A program made the translations under genes and the position numbers. From Octopus bimaculoides (lineage: Eukaryota): a DNA stretch of 47,620 bases. Each line of letters begins with the position of its first letter. Position 1 is the stretch's first letter. The DNA lies in assembly GCF_001194135.2 (NCBI RefSeq), contig NC_068981.1, positions 112,991,269 to 113,038,888 of the forward strand. Reading direction: 5' to 3'. Shown in pieces: positions 36,050 to 47,620 of this stretch. The notes beneath the pieces were generated by a model, which made no database searches, was not told where the DNA came from, and worked only from the letters and a program-made list of their open reading frames with translations.

Positions 36050-38600
36050 ATCAAAAATCGATCTGATCTTTCTAGCAAACATCAATTCTGTGGGTGACAT
36101 TCGAGATGGGGTATTCAGATTAGATGTTACTCACTACACTCTTAGAAATTGTTGAAGTGCAAGGTCGTCCATTACATCATTGTTCACCTTTTTCAATGCC
36201 CTCTTAAAAGTTTCAACAAAATGCTCCACTTGTCTCTTTAGCCTAGGGTGATATGGTGGAGTGGTGACATGTCTGATGATGAACATTTTACAAAATTTTG
36301 TGAACTCATCTGAAGTAAATTGAGTTCCATTATCAAACACAATAATATCAGAAACACCATATCTGGCAAACAATTCATGTAAAAAAACTTATTGTAACTG
36401 CAGATGTCAGCTTTTTACACTTATGCACTTTAGGCCACTTTGAAAAATTGTCCACCACAATGAGGTAATAGGAACCCTTAAGTGGACCTGCATAATCAAC
36501 ATGCAGTCTGGCTCATGGAATATCTGTTTTTGGCCATGGTTGCCATTTAGTGGTAGTTGTGTTTGCAGCTAGGGCACACTCTCTGCATGTTTTCACTAGT
36601 TTTTCAATGTCATGGTCCATTGTTGGCCAATGTACATAACTTCTCATTAACGATTTCAATCTCAAGTCCCTGGATGACTAATGTGAAATTCCTTTAGTAA
36701 TTGCTTTTGTAGTGTGGCTGGCACTATGACTCTTTGTGCATACATCAACACATTGTCACACATTAAGAATGGGTTCGAATTTGTGTTATGCATATTTTTT
36801 ATCTCTTCACCATTTCTTTCATTTTTTTAATGAATTTAATGTTTTCTGATTTTAATTTTATGGTCTTGTAATGTGACAGGCAATTCATATATGACATTAC
36901 ACAAAATATTTTAAATTTCATTTTCCGCTCACAAAATAGCAATCACAGTATCTTTAAATGATTCAGCATTTTCTGAAATCAGTCTTGATAAACAATCAGC
37001 GTGTCCTTATTTCTTAGATGGTGTATACACCATCTTAAAGTCATAGTTTAATAATATAGTACCCCAGCATTGCAACCTATTAGCAGTATGGGAAGGAACT
37101 CCTTTCTTCTACCCATATATCGGTTATAACAGACGATGATCAGTCTGTAGTCAAAAACTTCTACCATGTAAAAATTTATGAAATTTTTTTACAGCAATAG
37201 TAATCGCTGAATAAATTTGTTGTATTATTCAACACAAAGACTTTAGCTTTTAAGGTTTTTCTATGAAATGTAATGTCACATCATTTCGCTCTTAAAATAT
37301 AATTTTTTTCCTGAAACACCATGAGCCATTTTCGAAGTTCCTTTTAATCTAGGTCTCCTAGATGTATCTGTGTATCAAGATATTACTGCCCATGTCCAAT
37401 TGTAACTTTACATTTGTGTTATTTATTTTTACATACACAAATTTCCTTGAGACACATTCATATTTCTTGTCACTGATAACCCGTTTACATTATTTTTCTG
37501 TTGAACCACTTTTTAGGTTTTGTTTCAGTGTGATTTTTTATGACCTATCTTATCACACTTGAAGCGGACAGTTACTTTTAAAATTTAGACAACCACACCC
37601 ATAACATAGCTTTGGTCTTGACATTTTTTCTTTATTTCTTATCTGTTACTGGTTAACATGCAAGAATATGAGAGCAATCTTTTTCTTCAATTTTATTTGT
37701 CATGTCTTAGATTTATAATCTTTTGGCATTCTTCTGTTACTACCTGTAGAGTTAATTTTTGGTCCCATTCTAATTTTGTTAATATCCGGGAATGTATATC
37801 TATATATTTACTTGCAGTAAGCCCTTGAACAAAAATTAGACATTTGAACATGTCCAGGGTTCTTTCATTTAATTTGAACTTTTCACACTCTCTGTTAACA
37901 ACTCCAGCATAGATGACAAAATCTTCTTTTTGATCAAATTTAAACATTGTTAGCGAGTATTGAACAAGGAACTTCTTTCACGGAAAATTTTCAATAAAAT
38001 ATTGATTCATCAAAACAAACCTCACCTGGTTTCTTCAGCAGAATATAGTTACTATATTTTTGTGTTCAGCAGGGGATAACTTTCTTAAAAGTAATTGTTC
38101 TTTTTTCTTGTCAGACCAAGTTTTACATTCTTCTTTGAAGATTTCTTATCTTCAAAAATATGCAGAGAAGGTAATCTCTTCTGAATGCTTCAACTGAGTT
38201 TGCTACGCTGTCTGGCGGGTATGAACCTGAAGTATTTTCATTCTTCTTCCAGCAACTGTTGGTTTTGTTGTTGTAGTTGCTGTTGTAACTGCACCATGGA
38301 GGCCAATAAGTCTTCCATGTTAAAACGATTTTTCTTTGGTTTCTTACCAAAAAACAAAAAGAAAACTGCAGATGTCTAACACAAGCTTTAAACAATTTGT
38401 CATCACTTTCATATGTTATTTTTGGATATAGAATTTAATGAAGCAGTGGGGAAAGAAAGTATTTACGTGGCGCAATATGATTATTATTACGCAAACTCAA
38501 TGCTCTCAATCAATGGCTCACATTGAACAACTTACTCCCGATTGCTCGCAGTTCTTTATTTTTTAGTCACTTGGTGGGTGGTCAGAATCCTTCCTCAGCA
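36050..38600 (-). mobile_element. Second Gypsy copy of the same family, RT deleted, 3' end missing
   Basis: Gag MEDLLASMVQLQQQ (38312-38340 region), FVQGLTA, protease LDMGS, then a direct jump to the RNase H C-terminus at about 37207, and integrase VEHFVETFKRALKK. A putative 5' LTR lies at about 38410-38600. Confidence 0.9.
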
Positions 38601-38800
38601 ATTATACATGTATATCTGTCTATGTTTAATTACATAAATTAGATATGCATAGAAATACATGTATAATGATGGTGGTGGTACATACAGCTAAATAAATATA
38701 ACTTTACATTATTTGTGTTTCTCATTTCTGTATAAATGCCTAAGTTTTCATGCATAAAAATGCTTAAGTATATTTCATTGGGAAAATCTTATAATTTTAG

Positions 38801-38939
38801 ACCTTGTGCTATGGTGGTGCCAGATTTTGAACTGATTTGTGAAATCATGTTAGTAGCTGAAGGTTTCCTTGATGCACGCCTTTTAGCGAGAAAGTTTATA
38901 ACATTATATAGCCTTTGTAAGGAACTTCTCTCAAAACAG
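38801..38939 (+). CDS. Dynein heavy chain exon (follows 11716-11978)
   Basis: ataattttag|A CCT TGT GCT...AAA CAG|gtaaat. The first base completes the Arg codon split by the intron. Translates [46 protein letters not shown]. 139 nt. Confidence 0.97.
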
Positions 38940-39409
38940 GTAAATCTGCTTTCATTTTGTTTGCATATTTCTGAAAAAGTGTTATTATAGAAGCATATAT
39001 TTAAGTGATTATTAATCATATTTTTGTCGGTAAGATCCATGCAGACTTTTATTGATTAGATTCTCATATTTATCTATGTTATTTTTTTAATCAGAATTTT
39101 CTGAAGTTATTTTTTTAATTTTACCAAATTTTGAAGTTTTGGAAGACATCAAAATCAAATTCTAGCAGGATTATGGTTGCTAAATTTATGAATCTTAATT
39201 AGGCTGTATTCATGCAAAGTACAAACTTTGATGGGTCTAAATTTATCTAAATTATAGTTAGAGATATATCAGATATCATTAAAATTACAAATTGTGATAG
39301 ATTCTGTACTATCAAAATGACTGATATTAACAAGGTTCAAATTTATGAAATAATAAATCAGAAAAATACAAATTGCCAAATCAGGAAAAGTACTAATATT
39401 ATCCCAATT

Positions 39410-40550
39410 ATAAACTCTTCTCTTCCTCACATTTCCACTTCATGCACTATGCTTACCTCCCACTCCCCAATCCTGTCCTCTTGGCCCTGTACCATAGTAT
39501 CATTGCTCTCCGCTAGCAATGTGTTCCGACCAGTGTGTTCCACCCACATTCCCTGTCACACTGTATTATCGCTATTTGCTAGTCCCCAATCTGTGTGTTC
39601 CACCCACATGTAACAAGAAAACGTCTCACACACCCGACCCCAACAAACCAATCTACATCTCTTCTCTTCCTCACATTTCCTCCTTCATACACTATGCCTA
39701 GCTCTCACTCTCCAATCCTGTCCTCACAGCCCTCTTCCTCTGTAGCACTGCTATTCGGTAGCCCCCACCACCAACTCTATATATACCCAGGTTTTCGCTG
39801 CTCACTCTCACCTCCACACACATTAATCATGCTTCCTTCACAATATTCTACCACTTATATTTTGGCATTTGAACCTCAAGAGTATGCCCTGGCACTTGCC
39901 ACCACTATATCTCTCTCTTCCTTTACTCAACCATCCCATTTATATTCTGATTCCCATTCCTTGTGAGTATGCCTGGCACTTTGCCGCCATCTCTATCTTG
40001 CCGTCTCCCACTCTCTCTCTCTCTCTCTCCTTCCCTCAGGTTGGGTAACCATATATTTCCTTTGTGGCAGTGCACCTGTTTCTGTCTTCATTTCTGATCT
40101 CTGTCTTGAGTAAACTTGTACCTCCTCTACAACAAGACACCTGTTTCTGCCTTCCTGTCTCACTATAACCTTTCATCATCCGACAAAAGATCACCTCCTC
40201 CAATGCCCCCTCCCCACTCAAAAGAGTTTTTTGTTTTGTTTTGCAAGTACTTCGTGACCCTGTCAGTGCAGGTACCACTTAAAAGTATCCAGTCCACATT
40301 GTAAAGTTGTTTGCATTTGGAAGGGCATCCAGCTGTAAAAACTTTGCCAAAACTGACCATCTATGCTTGTGCCATGTAAAAAGCACTCTGTTGAGTAGTT
40401 GGTAATAGGAAGGGCATCCAGTTATAAAATATCCTGCCAAGACAGTTACAAAAATTTGGTGCAGGCTTCTGCCTGGCTGGCTCTTGTCAAACTGTCCCAT
40501 GCCATCATGGAAGGCAGATGTTAAACAATAATAGTGATGATGAATTAATA
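39410..40550 (+). mobile_element. LINE 3' UTR and tail fragment with internal tandem duplications
   Basis: CT-rich UTR like 3980-4720; duplicated block 39415-39480 vs 39658-39727; tail gcagatgttaaacaataatagtgatgatg. Confidence 0.65.
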
Positions 40551-40584
40551 ATATGACAAATTCTGATGGCTTGGATTGTTTTCA

Positions 40585-40900
40585 GAGCAAAACATCACAT
40601 TACTGTTCACCTGCATTTAGCATCTCTGACTGTTACTCACTCCTATTCTGTTTGTTGTTTTAGTTTCCCTCATTTCAAACACAAAGGACATACAGAACAA
40701 CTAAGTACAGATGTTATAGCAAGAGAGTGGAAACGCTAAAAGACAAATGCAAAATAACTAAATAAATAAAACAGAATGACTCCAGCTTGTGTTGAATGAT
40801 TTGTAGAAAATATGGAACAAATTCAACAGCTTCAAATACTAAAGCATCACTCACAAAAAAAAGTATATGTAGACACATAGCATATTACATATATTGATCA
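40585..40900 (+). repeat. Unclassified dispersed repeat, copy 2
   Basis: Colinear with 1752-2270 but lacks that copy's central hairpin insert. Confidence 0.7.
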
Positions 40901-41088
40901 TATCTTACTAACTTGAGCTATGAGTATTGCAATAATTACAACTCTAGTGTCATACATATTGTAAAAACAAAAATTTGTATTTAATGAAAATTCATTAATT
41001 TCTCTGTTCCTCTATTCATATTTTTATATTTCATGACTGATAAAATGCATTAATTCTCTTTTCCAATTTTTTTCTTATATCTGTGAAG

Positions 41089-41181
41089 GATCATTATGAT
41101 TGGGGACTGAGGGCTATCAAATCTGTTTTGGTAGTTGCAGGATCTTTAAAAAGAAATGACCGCACTCGACCAGAAGATCAA
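41089..41181 (+). CDS. Dynein heavy chain exon (absent from the ORF track)
   Basis: Pyrimidine tract then ctgtgaag|GAT CAT TAT GAT TGG...GAA GAT CAA|gtatgt. Translates [31 protein letters not shown]. 93 nt, phase 0/0, continuing ...LLSKQ. Confidence 0.96.
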
Positions 41182-41373
41182 GTATGTTTATTTTAGAATT
41201 TTCCACACAAGCTTCTCTCAGTGTTTGTATTTAAAAGTGTTCATGTATCATCTTAACAAAATGTTTTGTGCATCACACATTTAATACTAAATGTTTTCTG
41301 TATGATGATGTTAGATTGATCTCATTACACATTCTGCTGATAATCAACATTTCTCTTTAGTATGGTTGAAATT

Positions 41374-42629
41374 ATTAGGGTATTCAGAAAGTAATTGCAT
41401 TTTTTCACCACTATGAAATATGAATCAACTAATCACATCAGAGCCAAGGTTGAATGGATGGGAACTGTCTAGAAATAGTACATCATCTCTTCTTTCCGGC
41501 AGAGTGTCATTCATAGTTATTTTGGTAATTAACCTCATGGAGGATAAGAATTTTATGAAACAACATATTCACCATTGCTTACTGTATGAGTTTTGAAAGA
41601 AAAGTACTAGTACAGAAGCAATGAAAAATATTTGTGAAATGTATCCAGATGCAGTGAAAGCTCGTGCATGTCAGCTGTGGTTTAAAAGGTTTAAAGATGG
41701 TGATTGTGACATATCCAACAAACCTCATTCTGAATGATAACCTTTTGAGTGAGACTATTGTATTGGATCCAGATCAAAGCACTGGAGATTTGGTGCAAAA
41801 ATTTAATGTCATGTTCAACTATCCACAAACATCTCAAGCAAATTAGGAAAACATGCAAAGAGGGAATTTGGGTTCCACAAGAGCTTATGCCTGAGCACTG
41901 ATTACAATGTTCCACCATCTGCAGCATCTTCTAACCAGGGATAGCAACTTGTCTTTTCTGCATCACATTGTTACAGGTGATGAAAAATGGGTTTTGCATC
42001 ACAACAGCAAATGAAAAAGACAGCAGTTATCACATAATAAGAGGTCAGTGCCAACATCAAAATCATAACTTCATCCACAAAAATCCTTGCTCTGTGTCTG
42101 GTGGAACATGAAAGGTATTGCCCATTATGAGCTACTGGAACATGGAAGGACCATCAATTCATCTGTCTATTGCCAACAGCCTGATCATGTAAATGGAAAA
42201 TAGAAATTACATCGAAGGTGGCCAGCTTTGATAAATAGAAATGATGCTATTCTCCAGCATGACAATGCATGGTCACCCTCTTTGAAACAAACCCAAGAAA
42301 AAATAAGATCATTAGGATTGGAAGTTCTTCCACATCCTCCATACTCACCTTGCTTAGCACCTATAGATTTCTATCTGTACCAAACACTAGGAAATTTTAT
42401 AAGAGGCAAAACATTTAGAAAGAGAGAGGAAGTAGAAAGCAATCTTTCAGACATTTTTTCAGAAGAAATAAGTTTCTTTGAATGTGACATAAAGAAGTTA
42501 CTTTCCCATTGGGCTGCAGTCATTGAAAACAATGGTGATTACATTTTTGATTAAAACACTTCAGATAAACAGTTTACATTCATTTTTATATCCTTTCTGG
42601 TGAATTGAAATTATTTTCTAAACACCTTT
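41374..42629 (+). mobile_element. Full-length (about 1.26 kb) decayed mariner with both TIRs
   Basis: TIRs at 41376-41399 and 42606-42629 match at 18/24. Motifs IVTGDEKW, LLCVWW, LQHDNA and PHPPYSPCLAPIDF; stop at 42554. Confidence 0.9.
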
Positions 42630-42705
42630 TCACTACCAAGGACCCCTTTTATTTAAATGAATTTATCCCACAGACATCTTTTAATATGCTTAACCTTATG
42701 TGTGC

Positions 42706-42742
<37 letters not shown>

Positions 42743-42845
42743 CTTACTTAGAAATAGATGCATGGCATTCAGTCAAATAATAACATAAATAATATGTATA
42801 TATATGCATATATATACATATATATATATATATATAGATATGCAT

Positions 42846-43860
<1,015 letters not shown>

Positions 43861-43932
43861 ATCTCACAACTTCTGAATATAGCCTTGGTCTTTAATTTTT
43901 TACCTTGTATCCTTACTATTATGGATTTACTG

Positions 43933-44021
43933 ACTCTCTGATGAAGCTTTGGAGTTAAATTTTTGTATGATATGACAGCCTTAGCATACTGGATCCCCAA
44001 AAGAGAAACAGCTGTAAGAGT
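43933..44021 (+). ncRNA. Type I hammerhead ribozyme-like motif upstream of the PLE ORF
   Basis: actct-CTGATGA(43938-43944)-[weak stem II ctttgg/ccaaaag, long loop containing tactggat]-GAAA(44005-44008)-cagctg-TA-agagt. Predicted cleavage after 44016. Confidence 0.75.
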
Positions 44022-44366
44022 GGAGTTGTATTTATTTATTCCTATGATTATAGCAAATAAATCTTACTGATGTTTATCAATTGAATCTCTTCTCAATTTT
44101 CTTCCTTTCTGGATAAACTTTTGCTTACCTCCACTTGTACATATTATTCAATTGTACTATTGCCTTGCAACAGTAAGTCTTTGAATATAAATAGGTATCC
44201 CTCCAGTAGTATATTGGATATTTATTATCCTTTAGATGGTTGTCTAACTTCTAACTCCTATATACTTAATTATATTGATAAAACGCTTGTTTATTTATTT
44301 ATTTATTGTATGGCACTAGTTGTCAATGGATACATTGTATCCATTTAATCAACTCCATTTTGCCTA

Positions 44367-46880
44367 ATGGAGTTGATTAAAATTGACTCATCGCTTAAAG
44401 ACATACCTATACCTCCCAAAAGCTCTTATCTCAAGGAACTCATATTTAGAATTAATGAATTCAATCATAGGCTCCACTGGAAAGTATATCACCATGAAAG
44501 GAAACTATCACAGTTGGATCACAGCACTTGTAATACTACAAATATTTCCAATACCAGCAACACAGAAATTAATGAGCTAACCAATCGTATCTTTAAATCT
44601 AAAAAAACACCACCAACTAACAAGGACCTGGATACTTTTGAGCAAGAATTATGGAATATTATTAAGAACATTAAATTTAAGAACCACTCCACCAGGCACA
44701 ACCCATACCAGAGGAAGCTTTAAAACCTGATTTGTGATCTTGATACAAAAAATGGGATTCTAACACCCTATGACAAAACTAAGAACATCTACAACATTGA
44801 CCCTAATAACTACCATGAACTCATCCAAAGGGAAATTACTAAAATGTATAGGATAGTCCCTAATAATACTATCAAGAAAATAAATTTAGAAGCCAAGAAA
44901 ATTATGCTTGACTACAGCTTCGATGGTAAGACAGAACCATTCACACAAATCAGACCCCATATTACAATTAAGGACCATAAGGATAACTACCTAAATAAAA
45001 CACAAGTTAGATTAATATTACCCAATAAATCAGACATAGGTAAACTCAGTAAGGTAATTTTAGATAAATACTTACCAACACTGAAGAACAAAATTAAGCT
45101 AGAACTATGGAATAACACCCAAAGTGCATTGGACTGGTCCTCCAATATACAAAATAAGGATAAACATAAATTCCTGCAAATAGACATACCAAATTACTAC
45201 TCGTCAATTAATCCCACTATTTTGAACAGTACTCTTATTTTCACTAGAAAAATATACTAATTTAAGTATGAGGGAAATTAATGTTATACTTACAGCCCAT
45301 AAATCTGTTATGAAATTCAATAACAAACTATGGGCAAGAAATGACACCCCTAATCTCTTTGATATTACAATGGACTCACCAAATTTGGCTGAGGTGACAG
45401 ACTTGGTGGGAATTTACCTTTTGGATAGCATAAATAGAGAATTCCCCGAATTAGAAGGAGGTCTATATAGAGACAATGCACTTTTTATAGTTAGAAATTA
45501 TTCTAGTAGGCACCTAGAACTATTAAAGAAGCACTTGTATAGATTTTTCAGTAGATTTAGTCTCTCTATTACTATAAAAAATGAAAATTACTCTATTAAT
45601 TATCTGGATGCAAATTGTAATCTAAATACTAAACTACATGAACCATATATGAAATAGAACTCTAATTTAAGACACATCAATAATTTTAGTAACCATCTTC
45701 AATCAATAAAAAGAGCCCTTTTAAGAAATATCAGCAAAAGAATCTCCCATCTATCCTCCAATGAAGCCATCTTTAATAAGCATAAAGAAAAATATAATGT
45801 AGCACTCAAAAATGTAGGTTATAAGGATAAAATTAAATTTTCCCTATAATAATGGAAATGTTAAGGATACCTATGATAAGAACATTGACAGTAGTAATAA
45901 AGATAAAAATAATTTTAAACTCCTAGAAATACAGATATAATAATGATAAAATAAATACCACAAGAAATTCAAAACAGATACCCGTCGTTAGCTCCACTAA
46001 TGATAATAATATAGACATAATTATTGATGTGAGAAGGTCAATAATAATTATTGTTCAAATAAAAGCAAAGGATCAACAAATAGTAATCCTAATTATGCAG
46101 ACCAAGGAAATGATACTGTCTGGCTAATAATACTATATGCTATGAAAATCAAAAATAACTTAGTTAAATCCATATTTAAACTAATTAACAAACACTTTAT
46201 TAAAGGAAATAATAAATACTGGGAACTTATTAATAGTAAAACAATAAGAATAGGTTGTAACCTGACACATAACCTAGCTACTATCATCTCTTCCATGAAT
46301 AATAAAAAACTCGATACTTTTTACTCCAATAGAAAAAATAATAATGATAATAATAATAACAATAATAACAGCTCTAATAATAACATCAGAAATAACAATC
46401 ACAACTATACTTCACCACATGCTACCTCCACCATGCACACTAACCAAACCAGTGTAAACCCCACACAATAGTATAGACTTTGTGATTGTAGAAATAATAA
46501 TAATTGTGCTTTTAATAACTCTTGCAATAAAAAAGAGATAGTTTACCAATGTATAGTAATTACTCAGTCAAGTAAATTGGTTTATGTGGGGGCTACCCAA
46601 AATCCTATGAAACAGAGATTGACTTACCATTTCTATACTTTTAGGAACAGAAATAAGAGCAATTCCACTGGTTTAAATAAATATATATGAGAACTCAAGG
46701 ATAAGGGAATTAGTTATGACCTTGATTGGAAAATTCTGGCCTCAGCTCCTGCATTGATTTAAGAAATAAGAAATATTATTTATGTATAAGTGAAATTTTC
46801 TTTGTATTGAAAACCAACCTTCCTCTATTTAACAGTAGAGAAAAAAAATTTCTGCTTTCATAGAGCTTTCTCTAATTATT
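44367..46880 (+). pseudogene. Penelope-like element RT + GIY-YIG endonuclease (Naiad-type), decayed
   Basis: SLKDIP N-terminus; RT motifs RPHITIKDHKD, FLQIDIPNYYSSI, DITMDS..AEVTDLVG and LYRDN (YRDD); CxCx5Cx5C at 46481-46525; IVY..YVG..R GIY-YIG. Several stops and frameshifts. Confidence 0.92.
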
Positions 46881-47571
46881 ATTAGTATTAGTGTTTCCAT
46901 TAAAAATAACACCTTGTTGGGATGCACTCCCTCTCAGTGTTAATCTTTCTACCTCTTTGCCTGATTAGTTATTTATAGTACATCTAAATCCCTCCCTTTC
47001 ATTTGTCACCAATCACATATTCCATAATTTTATTTTCTGAATTGTAATCATATCAACCCATAAGCATTATTATCTGTATTATGCCCCTATAATTTTTATA
47101 GCAAATTACCACAGATAATAATATTATTTTCTTCCTTTTCTTATCCATTTTCCTAGTCTGAGAACAACCTTTTGTATGTTATTCTATTTCCCCTATATTT
47201 GTAATTTAACTTATCTATTTCAAATACCATATATGTTTATTGTACCACTCCTCCCTAGGGTATTACTCCATATATTTCTAAGCATTTGTTTGTGAGTGTA
47301 TATTCATATGATTATTGATGTTTATTTATATATGTTGGTGTATTCCTGTAACTCTTATGGCAAACTACCCCACATAATATTACATTCCTTCCATCTCTAT
47401 CCTAACCTGAATACTCTTTGTTTCTCTATAATCACAATCAACTTTTGTTTATTCTATAAGTCCTCCTTAGCATATTGCTCCCTAAATAACAGAGTCCTTA
47501 TTTGTAAGTGTTTATTCATATATTCATATACATAATGATATTTATATTTATACATATGAGTGTATGCTTGT

Positions 47572-47572
47572 A

Positions 47573-47617
<45 letters not shown>
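47572..47617 (+). repeat. (TA)n microsatellite
   Basis: Dinucleotide run at the window end. Confidence 0.95.
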
Positions 47618-47618
<1 letters not shown>

Positions 47619-47620
47619 CA

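Noticed and set aside
42228-42554. Domesticated SETMAR-like or active transposase gene
   Set aside because: All four mariners have stops and frameshifts, and there is no SET domain or splice linkage.
46687-46692. In-frame TGA in the PLE endonuclease as selenocysteine
   Set aside because: It falls in KYI*ELK, where Trp is expected (TGG to TGA). The ORF has other stops and frameshifts, and I saw no SECIS.
47440-47500. 3' terminal repeat of the PLE (ccttagcata shared with 43979-43988)
   Set aside because: Only about 10 exact bases in AT-rich sequence and no ribozyme core; too weak to call.

Overview
AT-rich eukaryotic (animal) genomic DNA with three assembly gaps. The SINE and LINE families resemble octopus/cephalopod repeats (from recall, not a search). 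The only host gene I can support is an axonemal outer-arm beta-type dynein heavy chain (DNAH9/11/17-like) on the + strand. It has three in-frame GT-AG exons encoding part of AAA1 (11716-11978, 38801-38939, 41089-41181), separated by 26.8-kb and 2.1-kb introns. The rest is intronic and packed with decayed transposons: four mariners, several RTE LINE fragments, two oppositely oriented Ty3/Gypsy copies, a Helitron remnant, tRNA-derived SINEs, a 3.1-kb non-autonomous hAT-type element with a perfect 8-bp TSD, and Penelope-like elements (PLEs). No TE ORF is intact. The most interesting signals are: two related hammerhead-ribozyme motifs with a palindromic stem III, one next to a 316-bp near-perfect hairpin and one upstream of a Naiad-type PLE; a double-hairpin/uORF (TAATG) module over that PLE's start codon; and a C4HC3 PHD-like finger inserted inside the reverse transcriptase of four RTE copies. 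All alignments and identities are by eye, and novelty is unverified.
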